Part shown: in pieces, positions 35,793-46,972 of the stretch
Position numbering within the stretch: position 1 is the first letter of the stretch
Layout of the letters: every line of letters starts with the position of its first letter
Assembly: GCA_964019335.1 (NCBI GenBank)
Contig: OZ025747.1
Span: 1 to 64,000 of the forward strand
DNA length: 64,000 nt
Direction of reading: 5' to 3'
Origin: Diplonema japonicum
Taxonomy: Eukaryota > Protista > Euglenozoa: Diplonemea
Program-made: the position numbers and the translations under genes
Notes under the pieces: model-generated
What the model saw: only the letters and a program-made list of their open reading frames with translations
Told to the model about the DNA's origin: nothing
The model's database searches: none

Positions 35793-36677
35793 ATGGACGT
35801 TTCGGATCTTTCAGCGTTGGTGGACGTGAACAGCACAACGGGGCAGGTGTTCATCTTCTGCAACCTGATGTGGGCTGCAGCGTGTGTGCACGTGTACAGG
35901 TCAATGAGGGTCGGCGGGCTGAGCGGTAAGTACACCGACACCGACTGGGCGAGGGAGCTGGACAGAAAAGAGCAGGTGGACGTGAAGGAGTCGAGGCCCG
36001 CCTTCCACGGCGACAAGGAAATGTTCGTCCCTTACACAAAATACGAGAAGTACAGCGTGCCCGAGATGCAGAAGAAATCCGAGGACTTCTACAAGCACAT
36101 CAACAACAGGAGAACCGTCAGGGAGTACAGCTCAGAGAAGTTCCCCGTGTCCATCATCGAGGAATGCGTACGTGCCGCCGGCACAGCGCCCTCAGGAGCC
36201 AACCTGCAGCCGTGGACTTACGTCATCGTTCAGGATGACAAGGTCAAATCTGAAATCAGAGCTGTTGTGGAAGATGAAGAAGCTGTCAACTACGCAAGGC
36301 GCATGAGGGACTCATGGAAGTCAGACCTTGCCCACCTTGGGACAGACGCGCACAAGCCTTACTTGTCTGAGGCACCCTTCCTTGTCTGTGTCTTCAAACA
36401 CACCTACCGTGTGGAGGATGATGAGAGGCTGTCTGTGTACTACCCCGAGCAGTCGGTGGGGATCTCAGTGGGGATGTTTCAAAGCGCTCTTCACGCTGCT
36501 GGTCTTGTGACCTTGACTTCTACCCCTATGGGAGCTGAGTCGGCCATCCGTGAGCTTCTCGACAGACCCGAGAGCGAGCGGTTGTACCTGCTGATGCCTG
36601 TGGGGTACCCCACCAAGGATGTCAAGATACCTAATATTACCAGGAAGCCCCTTGACCAGATTTGTGTCACTGTTTAG
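35793..36677 (+). CDS. IYD: Iodotyrosine deiodinase (nitroreductase fold)
   Basis: RRTVR, AGTAPSGAN.QPW, EDEE.VNY..RM..W..DL..LGT..KPYL..AP, TLTSTP. Confidence 0.88.
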   Translation: MDVSDLSALVDVNSTTGQVFIFCNLMWAAACVHVYRSMRVGGLSGKYTDTDWARELDRKEQVDVKESRPAFHGDKEMFVPYTKYEKYSVPEMQKKSEDFYKHINNRRTVREYSSEKFPVSIIEECVRAAGTAPSGANLQPWTYVIVQDDKVKSEIRAVVEDEEAVNYARRMRDSWKSDLAHLGTDAHKPYLSEAPFLVCVFKHTYRVEDDERLSVYYPEQSVGISVGMFQSALHAAGLVTLTSTPMGAESAIRELLDRPESERLYLLMPVGYPTKDVKIPNITRKPLDQICVTV

Positions 36678-38506
36678 GGTTTTTTTTTCCCCCCCTTTTT
36701 ATTTTATTCTTTTTTTTTTCCCCCTTTCTTGCGCATTTTTTTTTATCGAACAGGCAATATGGATCATTGCCCCTTCGGGTTTTGCAAGAAAAAAGAGAAA
36801 AAAAAAATAATAAAGTGGGTGGGGTGGGGGGGCATAAACTATGTTTGCCAGCATATGTTTGCTGAATTACAACACACGAAAAAGGTATTTCTGCCTATTT
36901 CATTTGAAGGAAAAAAAAAGAGGGGAAAAAAAAACAAAATTTTAAAATATTTTGTACCGCAAAATTAATGTTCGTCTTGAAAAAAAAAAAAAAATCGAGA
37001 GAAACGAAGAAGAAGAAAAAAAGGAGAAAAAAAAAATAAAAGAAATAATTTTCTGGGTTTACACTAACGTGAAGTCTGAGTACCTAAACCCGAGGGATTT
37101 CTTTTTTTTATTTTGTTGTTGTTCTTTGATCTTCTCTTTTTTCTTCTTCTTTTTGGATTTCTCCATTCTCCTCCTCCCAAAAAAAGTTCTTCTACACATT
37201 GTGCTGAGAAATTTCGAAATTATTATCTGAAGATATCAGCTATTTGTTTCCCTCCTCTCCATTAGCTGCTCTACCGGCCTACCCTGCACCCCGGTTGTGG
37301 CTTATTATTACCCCCCCTTTTTTTCCCCCTTCTTTTCTTCTTCTTTTTATTTCACGGCTCCAGAACAACTGCCTATTCATTGAAATCAAAGAATTAAAAA
37401 AGAAATCCTTATTCTCTATGAAGGGACAAAGCAAAAAAAAAAAAAAAAAATCGAGAAAGGATCACCGAACCAGTGAAAGGGTATAAGGAGGGATGTGCAG
37501 GGTTTTTTTTTTTAAAAAAAGAGAAAAAAAAAAAGAAACTGTATAAAAAAAAAAAGAAACCATCGTAATTTTTTTTTTGTATTTTCTTTTTTCCTCCCTG
37601 CTGTTTCTACCTTCTTTCCCTTTTTTTCTTTTTCCTTTTTATTTTCCTTCCCGTTCCTTATTTTGTCCTGTTTTTTTTTTTCTCTTTTTTTTTCTGTCCC
37701 AGCTGAGGACTCACCTGTCCTTCCAGTGGGATGTAAAGGGTCAGGGTGGAACAAAAAAAAAAGTCTTTTTTTTTGGCCTCCCAGTGAGCTCTCCCATCGC
37801 CTTTATTTTATTTTTATTAAAATATCTCCCCCCCCTTCCCCTCTTTTTCGATCTTCCTTTCTCCCCCTTTTCCATTTTTTTCTTTCCCCATCTAAACGAG
37901 CCATGACTCTTCGTGAATATATAAAAAAAAAGGGGGGAGAGAAAAAAAAAAAGAGCTGTGAAGAAGGAGAGAGAGAGAAGGGGGAGAAAAAGAGAAAGGG
38001 GGAGGGATGGAGGTGGGGGTTTAAAAAAAAAAAAGCGAACCAAAGGAAAGGGGAGCAAAGTTTTAAAGAGCCACAGGGGTATTGAATTATCTGGCAAAAA
38101 AAAAAGAATTCGCTTCACTTTTCCACCCCAAGTAAGGCGTAAATGTCTTTTCTTTTTTTTTTATATTTTATTTTACTGTTGTTTTCCTTACGTGATCCCC
38201 TTCGTTTTTTTTTGTATTTTTTCCCCCCCTCCCACCCCACTCCTTCTTCCCTTTCCCCTGCCCGTTCTTTCTCTCTCTCTCCCTGCATTCTTTTTTTTTA
38301 TTTCTTCTTTACCACCCATCTATTTTTTTTTATTCCCACTTATGTTGCTGTGGTTAGTTATCCTTCTTTCCCGCCTTTTTACCATCATGAGGGGGGGGAG
38401 TTTTTTTATTTACCCCTGATTGTTTTTTTTTTTCCCCTCTTCTTTTTTTTTTTTTTTTTTTACTTTTTCTTGCACTTTCATTTCCCCCCTCTTTTTTTTT
38501 TCCCAC

Positions 38507-38549
<43 letters not shown>

Positions 38550-38570
38550 CCGGGAAAAAAAAATAATGAA

Positions 38571-39488
38571 ATGACATCAAATTCAGAGTACGGCTCATTC
38601 TATTCTAGAAGCACGGTGGTGGTGGACGATGCGACAACAGCACCTGGTGTGGAAGACAACTTAAGCAACGTAAGCGCAGGCAGCGGAGTCAGAGGTGAGA
38701 AAAAGACAGGTGTGAAGTCTTTGCAACCGGTGGTGAAAGATGATGACAGCGATGGGATGAAGCACTTACCTGCACCATATAGCGACGAATGCCCCATGTC
38801 GCCACTGGGCCACCCCGACACCTACCAAACCGAGCAGCTTCGGCAACATATAACAACCAACGTCACGCCCTTGCACGACGTCGGTCTGGCCAACCCAGAA
38901 CCCCCTCAGGGAATCATAACCAGCTCTAAAAAAAGAACCGAAAGGGAGATTTTAACAGCGAACTTGGAAAGGTATTTTTTTTTTTTTTTTTTCCCTCAAA
39001 ATTTTTTTAAAAAAAAAAGATTTGGCTTTGTTGAAACAAAGGTCCCCGCCGATGGAAACTGCCAGTTCAGGTCTATTTCGTGGTACATATACGGTACTGA
39101 TGAAAAACACGAGGAAACTCGGAAGCTTGTTATGAAACACATGGCTGCTCATAAAGAGCTGTACTTCTTCTTCATCGAAGGCGGTGAAGAAGGGTATCAA
39201 AAGTACATTAAAAAAATGTCACGAATTAACGAATGGGGTGACCACCTCACCATGCAGGCTGCTGCAGACGCTCTTCAGGTCCAAATCCGTATTGTCACAT
39301 CGCACGCTTACAAAGATTCCGTGGCGTCCAACCATGGTGGGTCCATCATTTGTGTTAAACCGCGCGACGAAACGGGCAAGGAGAGACCTTTCCTCAAAGA
39401 GGTTTGGGTGTCCTTCTGTGAAGAGCATCTGGCAGAACATTACAATCCTGTTTCGAAAATACGTGCTCCTTCCACACCTAGGCCGTGA
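38571..39488 (+). CDS. OTU-domain deubiquitinase
   Basis: PADGNCQFRSIS, WGDHLT, EHYN. In-frame 48-nt intron at 38972-39019. Confidence 0.9.
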   Translation: MTSNSEYGSFYSRSTVVVDDATTAPGVEDNLSNVSAGSGVRGEKKTGVKSLQPVVKDDDSDGMKHLPAPYSDECPMSPLGHPDTYQTEQLRQHITTNVTPLHDVGLANPEPPQGIITSSKKRTEREILTANLERYFFFFFFPQNFFKKKRFGFVETKVPADGNCQFRSISWYIYGTDEKHEETRKLVMKHMAAHKELYFFFIEGGEEGYQKYIKKMSRINEWGDHLTMQAAADALQVQIRIVTSHAYKDSVASNHGGSIICVKPRDETGKERPFLKEVWVSFCEEHLAEHYNPVSKIRAPSTPRP

Positions 39489-39818
39489 TATAGAAATGTT
39501 TTATAATGGGTTGATGGGGATATGGGGGGAGAGAGAATAATAATTTAAAAAAAAAAAATAATAAAGAGGGGTAATCTTGAAAGAGAAAGTGTCCAGGGGA
39601 CGCATCGTTAACTCAATGCTGTGAGGAAAAAAAAATTTTTTTTTTTCTCTTTTTTTTTTCTTTACGATATCAAAAAGAAGCTTTTGGTTGTGTTACTGTA
39701 ATTGTGTTTCTTTTTTTTTTTTCTTTTTACATGGCATGGGAGGGAGAAAAAAATAAATAAACAAAGGTCGGGTTTACTCCACATTAAAAAAAAAAAATAC
39801 AAAAAAAAATAACATAAA

Positions 39819-39917
39819 ATGATTAGCGAACAGCAATTGACAACCTTTGTGAACGCCGTTGCCTTCAGTGTGTTCACTTTGATTATTCTTTTCCACTACC
39901 TGGGTATGTCGCAGTAG
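39819..39917 (+). CDS. OST4: Oligosaccharyltransferase subunit OST4 micropeptide (not in the ORF track)
   Basis: MISEQQLTTFVNAVAFSVFTLIILFHYLG fits the OST4 pattern MI(S/T)D.QL...N......LI..YHY. A possible intron at 39904-39981 would instead end the protein ..GARPHRE* at 40004. Confidence 0.8.
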   Translation: MISEQQLTTFVNAVAFSVFTLIILFHYLGMSQ

Positions 39918-40128
39918 TCAGGGGCAAAAAAAAAAAGAGATAAGAAAAAAGAGGGGGGGGGGGAAATACACACACACACAGGTGCCCGACCCCACCGTGA
40001 GTAGAAAGGCTACTTCATCGCACGTGAATATCTGCCGTTTTCTTTTTTTTTCAATCTTACCCCCCTGCACTGCACCCTGCCCTTAATTAAAGAGGGGCAT
40101 CCGAGTTCTCTCAACAAGTTTTTCTTTT

Positions 40129-40159
<31 letters not shown>

Positions 40160-40290
40160 CTGCCCCCAGAACGGATTCTTTAGTGTTTTTTTTTTTTAAA
40201 CCTTTTTTTTTTCCTTCTTTTTTTTGTTTTCAAAAACAAAAAAGAAAACTTCAACGAAGGAGAAAAAAAAAACCCCTCAAAAAAAGAAAA

Positions 40291-40763
40291 ATGGGCAAAG
40301 GTGGTGGCAAGAAGGGAGGAGCAAAGGGTGGTGGCAAGAAGGGTGGAAAGGGTGGTGGCAAGGGCGGTAAGAAGGGAGGTAAGGGTGGCAAGAAGGGTGG
40401 AAAGGGTGGCAAGGGTGGCAAGAAGGGTGCCGCGGCGATCGTCGTGAAGCCGCACATGAGGCACGAGGGCGTGTACGTCTCCTCCAAGGGAAGCGAGCAG
40501 TCGCTGCTGTCCCTGAACTTGGTGCCTGGTGTTTCCGTGTACGGTGAGAAGAGGATCATGAGCGGCCCTGCTGGTGCTGAGGAGGCCGACAAGAAGGAGT
40601 ACCGAGTCTGGTCCCCGTTCAGGTCGAAGCTGGGTGCCGCCATTGTTGCCGGTGTTGACAACTGCTGGGTGAAGCCTGGTGCCAAGGTCCTCTACCTTGG
40701 TGCTGCCTCTGGTACCACTGTGTCCCACGTTTCCGATGTTGTCGGGCCCACTGGGTATGGAAG

Positions 40764-40796
<33 letters not shown>

Positions 40797-41315
40797 GCAG
40801 TTGGGTGTACGCCGTGGAGTTCTCTCCCCGTTCCGGCCGTGACCTTGTCGAGATGGCCAAGAAGAGGCCCAACGTCGTGCCCATCGTGGAGGATGCCAGG
40901 TACCCCCTGAAGTACAGGATGCTTGTTCCCATGGTGGACTGCATCTTCATGGATGTCGCCCAGCCTGACCAGGTATGAGAATTTAAAAAAAACAAAAAAA
41001 CAAAAAAAAAAAAAAAAAAAAAAAACCAGACCCGTATCCTTGCCCTGAACGCCCAGTACTTCCTGAAGAACGACGGTCACTTCATGATCTCCCTGAAGGC
41101 CAACTGCATTGACTCTACTCAGGATGCCTCAGTTGTCATCATGGACGAAATGAACAAGATGAAGAAGGAGGGTCTTAAGAGGAAGGAGAAGCTTACCCTG
41201 GAGCCCTTCGAGAGGGACCACGCGGTGGTATGTGATAAGAGGAAGGAAAAAAAAAAAAAAACTCTCACAGATTGTCGGTGTGTACCGCCCCTCAAAGGAC
41301 AAGAAGGAAGAATGA
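40291..41315 (+). CDS. FBL: Fibrillarin (rRNA 2'-O-methyltransferase)
   Basis: [51 protein letters not shown]. Introns 40755-40800, 40973-41029 and 41228-41270. Confidence 0.97.
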
Positions 41316-42031
41316 AGAAATTAAAAAAAAAGGTTTTTTTTTTCCACCCTTCTTTTTTTCTTGTTTTTTTTTTCTTTTTAAACAAACGCAAAAGGCTTAT
41401 ATAAATACACACAACACCCAAACATAGTTCACCCTTTTTATTTCTACTCCCCCTTCCCGGAAAGGAAAGAAGGGGGGGAAGAGAGAGTAAGTCAAATGTA
41501 AACTGATCAAAGGGGCTTAAAAAAAAGGGGGGGGAACACAACGGGGAGAAAAAAAGGAAGAGGAAAAAAAAAATCATTTTTGTTTTGGAAAAAAAAGCAG
41601 TGTTCTTTATATAAAATGCCCCCCCCCCCCATCCCTTTTTTTGCCCCTTTTCATTTTTTTTACGGTCTTTTTTTTTTCCTCTCCCCTACATGCCACCTTG
41701 TGGAGGGAACAACAACAACATCAGGGTATTAAAAAGATTGACCCCCCCCCTTTTATTTCTTCTTCCTTATGTTCCCCTTTTTTTCCAACTAAAATACTAC
41801 CATAAAAAACCCCCCCTTTTTTTTCTTTATTTTTTTCTCTTTCTGCCTTCATACTCCCTCTCTCTTTTTTTTTGTTTCCTCCCTTTTTTTTTCTCCCCCC
41901 CCTCCAACCCGCCTATCAATTTTCTTCTTTTTTTTTCCGTTTTTTTTTCTTTATACCATTTTTCCTTTTTTTTCTTTCTTTATACCATAAAAACCAAAAT
42001 CAACTACAGTATTCTTATCTTTAAAAAAAAA

Positions 42032-42802
42032 ATGTCGATCAGAAGAGCTCTCCAGTCGACCACGAGGATGACCTCGATGAAGAGGTTCAACACGGACTAC
42101 GCTGCTCTGGCGAAGGATATGGAGGGATGGAAGCCTGTGGATATCGTGAAGAAGGCGTTCACGGACCACAAGGAGGTGTGCATCAGCTTCAGCGGTGCTG
42201 AGGACGTGCTCCTCATCGAGCTCGCAAGGCAGGCTGGTGTCCCTTTCAGGGTGTTCTCTCTGGACACCGGTAGGCTCCACGGCGAGACCTACCAGCTCTT
42301 CCAGGCTGTGGAGGACCACTACAAGATCAAGATCGAGTACACCTTCCCCGACTCTGAGCAAACCCAGGACCTCGTTCAGAGCAAGGGAATGTTCTCCTTC
42401 TACAACGATGGCCACGCTGAATGCTGTGGTGTGAGGAAGGTCGGGCCTCTTAAGAAGAAGCTGTCCACCCTTGACGCCTGGATCACTGGTGTTCGCCAGG
42501 ATCAGTCCGTGACCAGGACCAACCTTCCCCTTGTCCAGCAGGACCCCGTCTTCAAGGGTGTTGATGGTACCCTTATCAAGTACAACCCCCTTGCCAACGT
42601 CACCAAAGAGGAGGTCTGGGCGACTATCCGTGCTAACGGTGTCCCCTACAACGCCCTCCACGCCAAGGGTTTCGTCAGCATCGGTTGCGAACCTTGCACC
42701 CGCCCTACCCTCCCCGGACAGCACGAGCGTGAGGGTAGGTGGTGGTGGGAGTCCGCTGCTGAGAAGGAGTGCGGTCTTCACCAGAAGAAGACCGACCACT
42801 GA
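42032..42802 (+). CDS. cysH: Bacterial-type [4Fe-4S] APS reductase with a probable mitochondrial presequence
   Basis: [43 protein letters not shown]; Arg/Ser/Thr-rich N-terminus. Confidence 0.9.
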   Translation: MSIRRALQSTTRMTSMKRFNTDYAALAKDMEGWKPVDIVKKAFTDHKEVCISFSGAEDVLLIELARQAGVPFRVFSLDTGRLHGETYQLFQAVEDHYKIKIEYTFPDSEQTQDLVQSKGMFSFYNDGHAECCGVRKVGPLKKKLSTLDAWITGVRQDQSVTRTNLPLVQQDPVFKGVDGTLIKYNPLANVTKEEVWATIRANGVPYNALHAKGFVSIGCEPCTRPTLPGQHEREGRWWWESAAEKECGLHQKKTDH

Positions 42803-43643
42803 AAATTTTTATAAAAATTAAAAAAAAAAAAAAAAAAAAAAAGAGGGGGAAAAAAAATTTCATTTTTAAATCTGAAATCCGCGTGATATTGTAAGACGCG
42901 TTTTTTTTTTTGTTGGAAAAAAAAAAAAAAGGAAAAAAAAAAATTCATATTTTTTTTTATTTCTTTTTTATTTCCCTTTTTTTTTTTTACCCTCTCTCCT
43001 CCCCCCCACCCGTTTCGCCTTTCAGTTTGCTGCTGCATCGAAAGTCAGAAGGAAGAGATGGGAATGGTGCTTTCTCTTCGATAGAGTAAGCCATGTCTCG
43101 TTTCTTTTTTTCCTCTTTTTTTTTCTCTCTCTTTCCACCCATCAATTTTTATTTTTATTTTTTATTTTTCTGAAAAAAAATCAACCTGATTGAGGAAAAA
43201 ATTGCAACAACCCTTGCTATGAGTAAGGTGTCGGAAGCTTAGAAGACAGGTATTTTGTTTTTTTTCTTCCCCCAGCAAGAGGCAGAGAAAGATAAAAAGA
43301 GAGGCGGTGGGTAAAAATATATTGGGAAGGGGAAGGGGAAAGAAAATGCACCATCCGCTTTTTTTTGTACCTTCCCCGTCTTTTTTTTTTTCGCCCCCCC
43401 CCGTACCTTCCTCTACTTCTTCTTTCTCCCTCTTCATTCTTTTTTTTTTTTGATTTGATTTTTCATTTTGATATCCTTCCCCCCTACCCCCACGCCCCGT
43501 TTCCAAAACACAGTTTTCCACATTTTTTTTTTTTGAAAATATTTCTGCTCTCCGTCCATTTTTTTTTTTGTTGCAATTTGCCGGTCGCAAGAAAAAAAAA
43601 AGAAGAAAAAAAAGCGGGGTATATAAAAAAAAAAAAAAAAAAA

Positions 43644-44126
43644 ATGGCAGCAATTACACCGATGACCGGGATGCACAACGCTAAGCTTGTAAAGGAGGTA
43701 CTCTCTGCGGATGTGGTAAGCAGGGCTGTGGGGGCTGCACTGGACACAGTAGTGGCCACAAAGGTGGCAGGGTGGTCTGGAGTGAGGTTGTCTGACGATT
43801 TGCTTGAAAACTTGAAGCGTGTAAGCGCTGCGGGTTCTTGCAGTGCTAAGCTAACGGTTGATGGGGAGTCGAAGGACTTCGACACTGCCTCTGCCTCCCA
43901 CAAAATCCACCCCTTCTGCGAAGAACAAGGCATCCAATTTTCATGCATCGAGGGCACTTGCGGTACCTGTGCGGTTGACGTCAATGAGGGCAGCAAAAAC
44001 CTGAACAGCCTTACAGATGCAGAGGTCGCCTTTTTTGGCGATGCTGAATCAGCAGGCAACAAACGGTTGGCTTGCCAAGTACAGCTCAAGCAAGGTGCTA
44101 CAGGGGTGGTAGACATTGAGAAATAG
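43644..44126 (+). CDS. 2Fe-2S ferredoxin with an N-terminal extension
   Basis: FSCIEGTCGTC..RLACQ. Confidence 0.85.
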   Translation: MAAITPMTGMHNAKLVKEVLSADVVSRAVGAALDTVVATKVAGWSGVRLSDDLLENLKRVSAAGSCSAKLTVDGESKDFDTASASHKIHPFCEEQGIQFSCIEGTCGTCAVDVNEGSKNLNSLTDAEVAFFGDAESAGNKRLACQVQLKQGATGVVDIEK

Positions 44127-44870
44127 AGAGAAGAAGGTAAGAAAAAAAAAAAAAAATTGGACGAGGTGAGGAGATTGCCCATGGAAATACCCATTATTTA
44201 TTTATTTTTTTTTTTTAAATTTTTTTTTTAAATTTTTTTTTTGTCACGTGAAAACTCGTGGGGGGAAAAAAAAAAAAAATACATAAAAAAAAAAAAAGAG
44301 AGAATGTGAAGGAAATTCCCAGGCTTTTCTCCCTCCTCCCTCCCCCCATCGTTTTCTTTATACTTCAAATATTACGGGCTAACATTTTATTTGTGTACAC
44401 TTTTTTTTTGTTGGATTTGTCGCGAAGAAAAAAAAAAAAACAAAGAGCGGAACTGCAGAGGGAAAGAAAACGAACCCCCTAAACCCTGCAGACTTTTTTT
44501 TTTTTTTTATATTACTATTCTTTCTCTCTTTCTCTCTCTGTTTCTCTCTCCCCACCAGTCTCAATCTTCTTCTTCTTTTCTTCTGACGTGGCCCAAAAAA
44601 AAAATGTCAGAAAATTAAATTAAAAAACAAAGAAGAACAAATAAAAACGACAAAAAAGGGAAAGAAAAAAAAAAGAAAGAAAAGAGAGAAGAATAACAAA
44701 ATATTAAAAAAAAACCCCCCCCTCCCCCTCCCCACCCGATAAAACTACAAAATCAAAAAATATCACTTCACACCAATACAGGATCTTTTTTTTTTTTTTT
44801 TTTTTTTCCCTTCTCCCTCCCTCCTTTTCTTTTTTTAACACAAAAAAAAAATTATTTTTTTTTCAAAACA

Positions 44871-45806
44871 ATGACATTCGGGCTGCAAGAAAAGGAGTGC
44901 CACATCACCATCAAGGAAGACGAGAAACTGGGGGTGAGGTGGGAGGCTGAACCAGCAACGTCAAACGTCATCGTGGGCAGAGTGGTCCCGGACAGTGTAG
45001 GCGAGAAGGCTGGCATCGAAGCAGGCATGAAACTCGTCAGCATTGACGGCAAAACAGTAGATGGGACAAGCGATATTGAAAAACACATTGGGTGGCTGAA
45101 GCTGAAGGGCGAAGGGGTCATAACCGTAAGAAGATCTGCCCCCATCGCACTCCCCGTAACACCTTTGTTCGGCCTGCTATCAGAGATGAACAGTGTAGAA
45201 TCCACAGGAAACTCTCAAGACGAAGACGACACCACTGTTAACTACAGGTTCGCAATGTCAAACAACACAAGCGAGGCGGACGACCAGTCCTTCTGCTCTT
45301 CCATCAACGACTGTTGGAACGCGGAGACGTCGCCGGAAAGTTCAGTTGTCAGTTCATCTTGCAACACTTCACCTGAGTTCTCCTTGAACACTCGGTGCAA
45401 AAAACCTAGTTTGAAGAAGAAGAAGAAGCCTTCGCTTGCTTCCCTTATCGACAATGCTAGTTTCGAGATGCCAATGTTCAACGGTAGTTTTTCTGATCCG
45501 CTGGCTCAGAAGGCGCGCAAGGTTAAATCTTGTGAGCTCTTTCTGTCCACACTTGACGAGGAGGCGCTCAGCCAGGCGCCATCCACGCCTCTTGTTACGT
45601 GTGATGTTAAAGCAAACTCGTTTAGTGCACCGTCCCCTATGCATAATATCACTTCGATATTGAAGGGGCAGGGTACTTCACGGATCAGACGTTCTGTGTC
45701 TGATGCTGTGAAGCATACAACTTGGGCACCGGATGTCACTTCGCCCGCTTCGCGGACTGGGTCCTTTCCTAGCAGGGACAGGGCTTGTGCTGTGGGTTGG
45801 AATTGA
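44871..45806 (+). CDS. PDZ-domain protein with a disordered Ser-rich tail
   Basis: KLGVRW..IVGRVVPDSVGEKAGIEAGMKLVSIDG. Confidence 0.75.
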   Translation: MTFGLQEKECHITIKEDEKLGVRWEAEPATSNVIVGRVVPDSVGEKAGIEAGMKLVSIDGKTVDGTSDIEKHIGWLKLKGEGVITVRRSAPIALPVTPLFGLLSEMNSVESTGNSQDEDDTTVNYRFAMSNNTSEADDQSFCSSINDCWNAETSPESSVVSSSCNTSPEFSLNTRCKKPSLKKKKKPSLASLIDNASFEMPMFNGSFSDPLAQKARKVKSCELFLSTLDEEALSQAPSTPLVTCDVKANSFSAPSPMHNITSILKGQGTSRIRRSVSDAVKHTTWAPDVTSPASRTGSFPSRDRACAVGWN

Positions 45807-45823
45807 AAATTGGGAAAAAAAGA

Positions 45824-45859
<36 letters not shown>

Positions 45860-46829
45860 TAGTATAAAAAAAAAATTTTTTTTTTTATATTTTTTTCTTG
45901 TTCTGGTTCCGTTGAGTTGTTTTTTATTTTCTTCTTCTTCCCCCTCCCTTTCCCCCCCTGTTTTCTTTAAAAAAAAAAAAAAAAAAAGAAAAAAACTAAA
46001 AAAAAAACTCTTTTTTTTTTATCCATTTTTTTGTCTTTTTTGTTTTTATTTTTTTTTATTTTCTCTCCCCTTCTCTTTCTCTTTACTTTTTCTGTCTGTG
46101 TTTTTTTTTTTCTTCTTCTTCTCTTCTTTTCTTTATTTCTTTTTTTTTATTATATTTCTTTTCTCTCTCTTTTTATTTTTTTCTCTTTTTTTTTCCCCCT
46201 CTTCTAATGACACTGTCCTTGCCAGGCCGTTTTTATTTATTATCTTTTGGATTTTTTTTTCTTTTTTGCGTATTCCTTCTTTTTGACGTGCTTTTTTTTG
46301 CTTTAACCTTAATACTATCTTCCCCCAGAGGGCAGCTTGTGATGATCAGTACTTTTTTTTTTTTTTTAGAACCAGCCACAAGTTTGAATCAAAGATAGAA
46401 AAAAAAAGTTTTACAGCAAGAAAACAAAAAAAAAATGGAAAAAAAGAGTAAAAAAAAATATCCAAAAAGAAATTTTTAAAAAAGAGGGCGAAAACAAAAA
46501 AAAAAAAGGAAGATTGGCGGTGTTTGTTTCTCTTTATTCCTCTTCTGTGGTTCTCCTTAAGAAATAAAAATCAAAAGCAGGAGGCGGAAAGGCGCTGAAC
46601 TAAGAAGAGGGGGGAAAAAAAATAATCCAATAATAAAAAAATGTAGGTGTTTTGTCTCGAAAAAAAGAAGGGTGGGTTCTTCTTCTTTTATGAAAGTAAA
46701 AAAAAAAAAAAAAAAGCACCAAACAAAGTCAAGAGTTGGTGAGCACAAACGCAAAGAAACAAAGAAAAAAGTTTTTGCGTTAAATTCTTGTCCTGAAGGA
46801 ATTATGCCGAGTCATATAATAATAGTCGA

Positions 46830-46972
46830 TTTTTTATTTTATTTTTATTTTTATTTTTATTTTTATTTTTATTTTTATTTTTATTTTTATTTTTATTTTT
46901 ATTTTTATTTTTATTTTTATTTTTATTTTTATTTTTATTTTTATTTTTATTTTTATTTTTATTTTTATTTTT
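46830..46972 (+). repeat. (TTTTTA)n microsatellite
   Basis: Perfect hexamer run of ~140 bp. Confidence 0.95.

Noticed and set aside
10299-41404. Apparent frameshifts or in-frame stops in conserved genes, suggesting recoding or an alternative genetic code
   Set aside because: All are resolved by short GTAT..AG introns under the standard code.
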